A DNA stretch of 64,000 nt from Epithemia pelagica (Eukaryota > Protista > Bacillariophyta). Under the pieces are notes generated by a model. The model saw only the letters and a list, made by a program, of their open reading frames with translations. It did no database searches and was not told where the DNA came from. A program made the position numbers and the translations under genes. Of this stretch, positions 55,790 to 64,000 are shown piece after piece (within the stretch, counting starts at the first letter, position 1; every line of letters begins with the position of its first letter). Location of the stretch: assembly GCA_946965045.2 (NCBI GenBank), contig OX337234.1, forward strand, positions 1,178,001 through 1,242,000, read 5' to 3'.

Positions 55790-58208
55790 AGATGCGCCCG
55801 CATTTCAGCCACACACCAAGAAGATCTTGTTGTTGTGAGGGCGTCAGATGAGTCTGTTGAGAAAGAAGCTCATCGAGATCTGCCTGTTTGTAATTTGAAT
55901 CAAGCAGGTAATCGTCACCGAGGACGTCATCATCTGCGAAGAGATCGATGAAATGCGAGACGAACTCATGTTCAGTCGCGAATGAATCGCGGTCGCGCAT
56001 AGCGACTTCAATGGAGTCCCACGAGGAGATCCCACGATCGAAATCAAGAAGGACGCCCAGACGGCGAAGCAAATCGCGACCGATGATGATATCATAGCGA
56101 CTGGTGGGAGCATCATAGATGTCGACCCATAAGGGATAGGTTACGTGTTTGGTTCGTGAAAACTCTGGGAGAACAATGTCTTCCAGGAGAATTTCGGACA
56201 CACCGGAACGAGTTCCCATGGTCGTGTTCACGGAGCGGTCGGTAGACCGCGGTATCATGCCTGGTTGAAGGCAACGTGAATGAAGAATCGTCTTGTCAGC
56301 GCCTGAATCGAGCAGGGCACGCAAGGGAAGCGTATTCTCAACACCGCCAATATGGCGAGCCATGACGATTGTGAGTGGAACGCATTCAGGCCGAGAAGGC
56401 GAATCTAACGCATGAACATCACTAGATAAAGGAAATTGGGAGTAGAACTCATCATAAGACTCTAGGTTATCCAAGTAACCGTTATTAGGATCAATCACCT
56501 CGCTTATAAAAGCGTCCTCACGACATAGAGACGCGGGCGTAAGCAGCGAGACCTCCTTGGGTGGACAGGTCGTAGATGTGGGAAATGTCCATTCCGCGCC
56601 CATAGATTTTATTGAGCTGGTCGATGACCTCGTTGATGGGTGCATCGGGATGGATTGCGCTGCCGGCATAGCCGTTGGCGGGCCAGTTTGGATCTGACAT
56701 TGCTGCGAGAACAAAATGTCCAGGTGATGAGTCTGATCGTCAGGAGACGAGGAAAAGGAAGATGAAAGGTGAGACGTACCGGGGACCGTCTTTTCAGGAT
56801 TGCGAAGATCGCTCCACTGCTGGATTCCCTCGGCATCGACAGGAATGGTAGGAACGCATCCTGGAGGAGGAGCTACGGCAGGAGGATTGGCAGGAATGGC
56901 ATTCCATCCGTTGCCGGCACCAGCAGAGTCAGAGGCGTGTTGATCACTGCCACGACCTGGGGCAGAAGGACGAGAGCCCCAAGTGGCACGCAGAGGAGCG
57001 GAAGAGCCACCACGCGGGTTGTTATTGCCATTGGAACCACCACCTTGAGGAGGATTGTTTCCGGCGTTGCCGCCACTGGTAGAACGGTTAGAACGTTGAA
57101 CCATGACGTCAAAAAGGCTTTGATTGAAATTGCGACCCGTAGGATTATAAATGCAATCAGCCCAAGAATGGTTGCGATGAGATTCCATCGTGGTCCGATA
57201 CGGACAGGGATCGGAGTTGCCATCGGAGGCGCCACGATTGTCTCCGGAGGAGTCATTACGGTCGGAGGAGCCACGGCGATTTCCGCCACGTGATGAATCA
57301 CGATTGCCACCGCGGAGTCCACCACGAGAGTGGCGAGAGCGCACGCGACGATCGCGATTGCCGCTGTTGTTGGAGTCGCGAGGACGAGAGCGGTCTTGAC
57401 GAGACTGCGACCGATTTTGCTGTTGCTCACGTAGGAGGGCCTTTTGCTCGGAGGCGCGCTGGTATCCGCGCATGGCTTGCAAGAGAGCATCCGTGTCAAA
57501 GTGATTGACAATGTCCGGCACCAAGGGATTGGCTTGTTGAAATTCCGTGCGCCATGTAGTCGGCGAGCCTTGGTAAAAGGCTTGTTTGAGTTCGTCTTCC
57601 GTGAGGGGGACGATTGCAGCGTCGGAGCTGAGGTATTTGAGACCGTTTGAAAACTTGCAAAGGGACTGCAAATGCGAGTCCACTGTCATGTCTGAGGGCT
57701 TCCGAGGCCCAGAAAGAAGGAAGGTGCGGAAAGCACTAACTTCACTGACAAGGACAAGGGGGGCGAAGACCGCAGCAATCAAACCTTGAAAGCAGGCTTT
57801 ATCGAGATTGGTGCCTGGAGGCAAACCGTTGTAGGCTTCGAGAAAAGGATCGGCGATAGCGCTGGTGACCGAGCGAGGGAAATACTCGCAACAAGCGGCA
57901 AAGGGATCCGGATGACCGGAGATGCGGATCTTGTCCACGAAGTGGAGGACCCAAAGAAAGAGATCGCGAGGATCTTCATCCGTCGACTCCCGAAATGGGA
58001 GGAGGTTGGCGTAATACTTGTCGTCGTCATCTTTGAGCTTGAGAGAGGAAAAGGAATCGGAGGACAGAGCCTCATCAACGCGACGTTGGAAGCGGAGTGC
58101 ATCGACAAGGGTAATGAACCCACTGTTGTTGTCTGCCATGATGGAGAGATGCAATGCTGAGAAAATGAAAGGAAAGGAATCAAAGGACGGGCAAAAGGAA
58201 TTGCACAA
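55680..58208 (-). CDS. Gypsy gag-protease, out of frame with the rest of pol
   Basis: Cys/His motif CPY..H..HSWADC; aspartic protease ALLDSGADK. Confidence 0.88.
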   Translation of the reverse strand: MCNSFCPSFDSFPFIFSALHLSIMADNNSGFITLVDALRFQRRVDEALSSDSFSSLKLKDDDDKYYANLLPFRESTDEDPRDLFLWVLHFVDKIRISGHPDPFAACCEYFPRSVTSAIADPFLEAYNGLPPGTNLDKACFQGLIAAVFAPLVLVSEVSAFRTFLLSGPRKPSDMTVDSHLQSLCKFSNGLKYLSSDAAIVPLTEDELKQAFYQGSPTTWRTEFQQANPLVPDIVNHFDTDALLQAMRGYQRASEQKALLREQQQNRSQSRQDRSRPRDSNNSGNRDRRVRSRHSRGGLRGGNRDSSRGGNRRGSSDRNDSSGDNRGASDGNSDPCPYRTTMESHRNHSWADCIYNPTGRNFNQSLFDVMVQRSNRSTSGGNAGNNPPQGGGSNGNNNPRGGSSAPLRATWGSRPSAPGRGSDQHASDSAGAGNGWNAIPANPPAVAPPPGCVPTIPVDAEGIQQWSDLRNPEKTVPGTSHLSSSFSSSPDDQTHHLDILFSQQCQIQTGPPTAMPAAQSIPMHPSTRSSTSSIKSMGAEWTFPTSTTCPPKEVSLLTPASLCREDAFISEVIDPNNGYLDNLESYDEFYSQFPLSSDVHALDSPSRPECVPLTIVMARHIGGVENTLPLRALLDSGADKTILHSRCLQPGMIPRSTDRSVNTTMGTRSGVSEILLEDIVLPEFSRTKHVTYPLWVDIYDAPTSRYDIIIGRDLLRRLGVLLDFDRGISSWDSIEVAMRDRDSFATEHEFVSHFIDLFADDDVLGDDYLLDSNYKQADLDELLSQQTHLTPSQQQDLLGVWLKCGRIFDGVLRAYPDKELHLDLMPDAKPAHHRHYAHHRQYP

Positions 58209-59761
58209 ACGTCGGCCGCCGGAGGCGTGTTATGGTGAAGAAGGAAAAACAAGGGCGTTGAGGAATCTGATCAGAGTGCCATACCCATGCATAATGGTAG
58301 GACGTAAAAAATTATGATCTTTAGGAATTAGGCTAGGAAAGTGAGCGATGGCCAGAGAAGCCATCTGCACACGGGACAAGGACGGACTGAATTCTGAGAA
58401 CGTCGGTGTCAAAGATGTCAAAGATTCAACTAGGGACCTATCGAGTCATGTTTACGTGGATTCGTGGCGGGACAGAGTCCGGGTACCGCATCTTCTATTA
58501 ACAATACAAAAAAATGTTCCCAACCAACATCATATCTACACATGATAGAGAGAATATTGCCTTTTAGTGTCTTGATTTCCCGTAATCAGACTGCTCGTTT
58601 GGACCCAACAATGATGGAACCAACCACGCCAAGGAAGCAGCAAACAATCACCTACCAACTACTCGCTGCCAACGAACAACGAACAATGACAACACTCGGC
58701 AACAACAACAAAAACAACCCGCACGCAACAATCAACTACTCGCTGTCACCGAACCCAGTGCACGAGACTGTGCCCGTCAATGACAACAAGAAGCAACAAC
58801 GACATGCGGCGACTGCAGCAACGACATGCGACAAGACAGCAAGCGTCGACAACGACAGCGACAACAACAACATGCGGCTACAACAACGACAGCGACAACA
58901 ACAACATGCGGCTACAACCACAAGAACAACATACTCAACAATCAACTCCTCGTTTCTGCCCAACGGCAAAACAATCGGCGACGACGGCATGGCAACAGCA
59001 CCATTCGGCTGCTTCCGATAACACAGTTCGAGTGGAAGAAGGAGTGGACGCCGTAAACGAGAGCACCTTATCGAATCTTGACACTCTTAATGGATGGTGA
59101 AACAACAATAAACAAAGACAAAGACAAATGGATCGATGCAGGCAAAAGACAGGATGGTGAACGAGGATGGATGGACGAAACGATTGCCTACGAGTATGAC
59201 ACATACAAGTATGTACAAAGCTAACTAGTACATGCTCTCACTCAATTAGTCATGTTCATACAAGTAGAGGAGGCGGGTTGATTGCTGTTGTGTTAGAGCC
59301 TCCTCGCCATGGTGTGTGTGAGGATAGTTTGCATATCTTGAGATTGAGCATCTCATTGATCGGTCGGTCCATGTGAGGGATGAGGGGCAATTCATCTTAG
59401 TTTTTTACTTCGGGAAAATGCATAGAGTGAATCTCGTTGGGCCGAAATTCCCTCTAAAGTTGAAAGTTTATCCGAAAGTCTGTCATGAAAGTCTGTCATG
59501 AAAGTCTGTCATTTCACTCCCCTCCCGTTTTCCGTGTCTCAGGGACACCTACGAATATTGTTCCCAGTGACCAAAATGACTGTTTCCTATTAAAAGGATA
59601 AGGATTTATAAGCATTGAGTTTTCCCAATAAGTGGTGATGATATGTTTCTGAAGATGCGAACCACACACACTCTATTATTAATTGCCATTAGAAACAAGG
59701 ACATGAATTAGAGTCCTCTACGACACAGGGGTAAACAATATATTTAATGACTCCTCTAGAA

Positions 59762-59945
59762 ACACGAGTGGAAACATATCGCCAAAACTGGAAGCGTGAC
59801 TGGAAACATCGGAAACAAGTGGGAACACGACTGGAAACAATGGAAACAAGTGGAATCAAATGGAAACAACATGGAAACATCGGACACACGACTGGAAACT
59901 CTGGGAACATCTTGGAAACAACGGATACACGACTGGAAACATTGG
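59762..59945 (+). repeat. Left subterminal CACGACTGGAAACA / GGAAACA array
   Basis: Many imperfect copies on the plus strand. Confidence 0.88.
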
Positions 59946-60123
59946 ATACACGAAGAAAGATCCCAAGAAAGATCCTGAACTTTCTGGCTGAAAAGCACTC
60001 GGATCCTCACGGTAGGGGGCTTTGGTGGAATGATCCTTGGACGTTGACGAGCATTCAACATTCAACATCGAACACAAAACAATCAACGACAATGGCGTGC
60101 GAACGCAACAAACAGCTCTTCGT

Positions 60124-60631
60124 CAAAACAAAACAAAACAAAACAAAACAAAACAAAACAAAACAAAACAAAACAAAACAAAACAAAACAAAACAAAACA
60201 AAACAAAACAAAACAAAACAAAACAAAACAAAACAAAACAAAACAAAACAAAACAAAACAAAACAAAACAAAACAAAACAAAACAAAACAAAACAAAACA
60301 AAACAAAACAAAACAAAACAAAACAAAACAAAACAAAACAAAACAAAACAAAACAAAACAAAACAAAACAAAACAAAACAAAACAAAACAAAACAAAACA
60401 AAACAAAACAAAACAAAACAAAACAAAACAAAACAAAACAAAACAAAACAAAACAAAACAAAACAAAACAAAACAAAACAAAACAAAACAAAACAAAACA
60501 AAACAAAACAAAACAAAACAAAACAAAACAAAACAAAACAAAACAAAACAAAACAAAACAAAACAAAACAAAACAAAACAAAACAAAACAAAACAAAACA
60601 AAACAAAACAAAACAAAACAAAACAAAACAA
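60124..60631 (+). repeat. (AAAAC)n microsatellite, ~100 units
   Basis: Uninterrupted pentanucleotide run. Confidence 0.97.
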
Positions 60632-61033
60632 TCAAACATCAAACGCAACAATCAACTCAGCCGCCATTGCAACCATCCATGGAATCTTGAGTCTCTTGGT
60701 AGACATGGTGACAATCAAGAAAGACAAAGACAAATGGATCGATGCAGGCAAAAGAGAGGATGGCGAACGAGGATGGATGAAGACAGATGAATGACGGCGG
60801 AAACGATAGCTATGGCCTACGACACATACGTGCATGTACAACTAGGTTGATGCTCTCTATTAGTAGCTGTTTGTATGCAAAGAGGAGGCGGGTTGATTGT
60901 TGTGCTAGCGTCTCGTCACCATCGAGTGAGTGGTGAGCCTTGGTTGGTTTTACGCATATTGTTTACTATAGGAAAATGAGTGGAGTCCTGAATCTCGTTG
61001 GGCCGGGAGTCTCATGCGAACTGCGAATGGCGA

Positions 61034-61226
61034 CCGGAAACAACGGGCACACGACTGGAAACAACGGGCACACGACTGGAAACAAAGGAAACAGCGTGGA
61101 AACAAAGGAAACAGCGTGGAAACAACGGAAACACGACTGGAAACAACTGGAAACAACGGAAACAACTGGTATCACGACTGGAAACAACGGAGACAACGGA
61201 AACAACTGGTATCACGACTGGAAACA
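61034..61226 (+). repeat. Right subterminal CACGACTGGAAACA / GGAAACA array, same strand as the left array
   Basis: Many imperfect copies on the plus strand. Confidence 0.88.
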
Positions 61227-61744
61227 TCTTAAGTAAGTTTTGCAAGACCAAGATTAAATATTCTTCATAACAGTAAGTCCGTTAAGGTGGCAAAATAAAC
61301 GTTAACTTTCTAGTTACTATCAGGAACCATAAGAAGTATTTTTCTTGTTGATATGGCCCGCTCCGTATTAGGCGATGTTTGGAAGTAGAGCTCTTAATAC
61401 TTATTGGGCTACACGTGCAACTGGCCATCGGTAACAAATTTTGTAGGTGTCCCAGTGGCCCCGTTCGAGCGTTGAGCATTCGAGTTTGTTACGTTTCAGT
61501 CGAGCTTTTCCTCTGTCATCTATGTTTTGGTCCTGCCCCAAGCGCGCCTAATACTGCCCTCCCCGCCGGCCGAAACACCAAAGAATCTCCGCAACAGTAC
61601 ACAAAATAAATAAGAAGTCCTGGATGTCCGGTCCTTCTATGATACGATGTCACGCATGATCCAATATCCAATACTCTTAGTCCCGTCTCATTATATCCAT
61701 TATCCCTGATTTGATGCTTTTGCACGAAACAACATCGGTCCTCA

Positions 61745-62264
61745 GGCCATCCCTATAGCATTGACAAAACCAAACCTGAAGCGTGACGTCATCACTAAAT
61801 TCAGTTTTGGCGCGTTTCGCCGTCCTATAGCACCGGCAAAACCAAAACCCGATTCCGCGCTGCATTCCCCCAAGGCCCCCAACAGTCCCCATATTCACTT
61901 TTAATAGTTGAATACTAAAAGTTTTGAAAGTAGGACATCAAGCCTGCATGTTTCATGTAGCCTCATTGGGGTTAGGGTGACCGTTGAAGTCGAACGCGCA
62001 CTGCGCATATAGTAACCGTCATTTGTCATTTCTGTAGGAAAAACATACACTAGCATAGATGAAACACTATCCCTAATGTCATTTCGGATTATCCCTAATG
62101 GTAAAAATTGGTTTGGAGGGTTAAAAAAATTACAAAACCTGCGCTCAGCTTTTGTCGTTGCAAAACCTGAAATGACAGAAAACCCGGATTTGACGTCATA
62201 TTTCCGGGTTTTTAGTGACGTGTCACCCTTCAGGTTTGGTTTTGTCGATGCTATAGGGACGGCC
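61745..62264. mobile_element. 520-bp MITE with a 3-bp TSD (Tourist/Harbinger-like)
   Basis: TIR GGCC(A/G)TCCCTATAGCAT(T/C)GACAAAACCAAACCTGAAG(C/G)GTGAC (~43 bp); TCA at 61742-61744 and 62265-62267. Confidence 0.82.
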
Positions 62265-64000
62265 TCAGACACAACAGGATGACAGAAAAGCTTGCGGAGG
62301 GTAGATCGAAATCGCAGACAAGATCTATCGCTAATCGCTAGAGTTGGGGTGTGCGGCAATAATCTTTTTGCATGATGCTGAAGGGTTCCAGTTCCAGTCC
62401 CAGTAGACAGTAGACTTCATAGAAATAATAGAGGGATCTGGGATCTCTCCGATCTCCGATCTCCGCTTCTGGCGAACCCTCTGGGTTAGATTTTTGCAAC
62501 TGAGAACTTGAGTTCGGTGCGACTTTCGCAGAGCAGTAAACACCACACTGTGATGACTCCACCTCCACCTCCAGCTCCACTGGCATCAGGCGCATCAGGC
62601 AAATGCCATCGTCCTCCAAACTACGAACCCTATGATGCGTGAAGCTTCTCAGACCAAGTAGACCTTGAAGACTAAGAAATCTACAATCGACTCACATATT
62701 TCGTAGTGTTGCTGTTATGATGCAATTCTAACTCCTATCTCGAAGCCTTTTGGTGACACCATAAGCCCTACTGACTTCAGACTGGAATCTCATCTGCCCT
62801 GTCCTCTCTGGCTGTGTGCATCCAACAGTCTAGGTTGGTAGGTTTTGTATTTCGTATACTCATCACCCCCTTCTCTCTAAGACTATAATATACTACTCCC
62901 AGTAGGTACTCCTTGCTCATACTCCTAGGAGTAGACTCAAAAGTAGGCCTGCCCCATACCCTAGCTAGATTCCACAAAAGGGATTCTCCTGTTGCTAGAG
63001 TAAGCAAGATTCGTTGATGCTGATGCATCTTCCACAATTCTTGGTGAGTGTTCTTTGTTGTTGTTCCGAGCTATCGAAGGTTCTCGAAAGGGATCTGCCG
63101 AACTCGTGATGTGATAACCATGTCGGCCGACAAAAAGGTCACAGCTCACGGGACTGCAAAGGAACGAGCTTTCGTGATTCGCGGGGAGGTGAGAGTAACA
63201 TAGCATCAGATAGCATCCCAAATCCCAATCCCATCAGGGAGGTGAACGATGCGGCGAGAGTTACGGAAAGCGTGGATGCACCATCCTTGCAAACAGTCTA
63301 GGTTGAGAGAACTGGGTTTCACGTTGGTGCCCCGTACGAATTATTTCCATGTTACCAGCCTGGTTGAAACCTAGTCCTGATGATTTGAAAAGGACGAATG
63401 AAATACTTCTGACCTCCCTATTTTGAGACTTGCTGGCATTGTATTTTGTCGTTTTACACGGTATAGCCGTTCGGTTGCCAAATGCGGTTTGATTCTTTGT
63501 TTATATTGCATGAGCTCAGGACTCAGGACCTACTCCTACAAGTACTTTCTATCTATTATCTCTATCTTTGCTATCCGTATGGGGCCACAATTTTTCAGTA
63601 CATTTGATCATGGTCGTGCGGAAATTTTAACGCGCGCCAGGCGACAAGCCGGACCTGTTGTTTTCGGGCGCCACGTGCCACTTTTGTCCAATGGGTCCAT
63701 TGTGCAATGCCACCAACCGAGGCGCCAAAGACATCGAGTTCTGCGCTCCGAGCAGCCTGTCAAAAGATCTACGAGAAGACCAGCACATACCCCGCCCGAG
63801 ACGATGGATCCTGGTTCCGAGGTTGTCGAAGGATGCCTCCATAAAGCGCAGGGACGTATCATCTCTGAGTGGACGTGATTCAAAGAAAAGGACAAGGACG
63901 GCGAAAATGGGCGGTGGGGACTACCAAGACTATCTTTTCATTATGTTTCAGTTGTACAGGCTGCAAGGCACTCCAACGTTTTTCTTGCTGCTGGGGTTGC

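Larger units (their letters stand above)
52765..58490 (-). mobile_element. Ty3/gypsy LTR retrotransposon
   Basis: LTRs 52765-52984 (220 bp) and 58277-58490 (214 bp) with TG...CA ends; 5-bp TSD TCTTC (52760-52764, 58491-58495); PPT-like AGGGAGAGGTAGAG. Confidence 0.95.
52362..59530. mobile_element. Non-autonomous element(s) with TGACAGAC subterminal repeats, hosting the gypsy insertion; exact ends unresolved
   Basis: AAATGACAGACTTTCATGACAGACT(C/T)TCGGATAAACTTTCAA at ~52370-52410 and inverted at ~59460-59514; further copies at 52600-52735. Confidence 0.5.
59543..61452. mobile_element. Non-autonomous CAG-TSD element related to 8272-13352 (1,910 bp)
   Basis: Imperfect TIRs GGACACCTACGAATATTGTTCCC / GGACACCTACAAAATTTGTTACC; CAG at 59540-59542 and 61453-61455. 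Confidence 0.82.

Noticed and set aside
58464-59100. 185-aa Thr/Gln/Asn-rich ORF
   Set aside because: Low-complexity CAA/ACG repeats inside a non-autonomous element, and the ORF begins in the LTR.
59747-60790. NKTKQ- and FCFVL-repeat proteins
   Set aside because: Translations of the (AAAAC)n tract and the GGAAACA array.
62330-64000. Short ORFs at the right edge
   Set aside because: No motifs recognised; left unannotated.

Overview
Eukaryotic nuclear DNA with GT-AG introns, most likely from a pennate diatom (inferred from gene and transposon content, not proven). Roughly half of the window is mobile DNA, often nested. From the left: (1) the right half of a hAT transposon that appears to carry an endonuclease III-like (HhH-GPD) DNA glycosylase gene inside its terminus; (2) a decayed PIF/Harbinger transposase and two nested TTAA-flanked elements; (3) a ~232-bp tRNA-derived SINE with a 19-bp TSD, split by a 5,081-bp four-gene Harbinger/PHIS-like transposon (25-bp TIRs, CAG TSD); (4) a complete Ngaro-type tyrosine-recombinase retrotransposon (A1-gag-RT/RH-YR-B1-A2-B2) whose A1 repeat is interrupted by a young, intact Ty1/copia element; (5) a host block: a glycosyltransferase fusion gene, a kelch/coiled-coil gene with a nonsense codon, two divergent alpha-tubulins flanking a ShKT prolyl 4-hydroxylase, an FMN-binding split-barrel protein and a Patched/NPC1-like protein; (6) a Ty3/gypsy element inside a repeat-rich non-autonomous element, followed by a second CAG-TSD element containing a ~500-bp (AAAAC)n tract and a TCA-TSD MITE. 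The best candidates for undescribed biology are the glycosylase-carrying hAT and the CAG-TSD transposon family with extra genes and head-to-tail subterminal arrays. All product calls come from motif recognition by eye; no database search was run.
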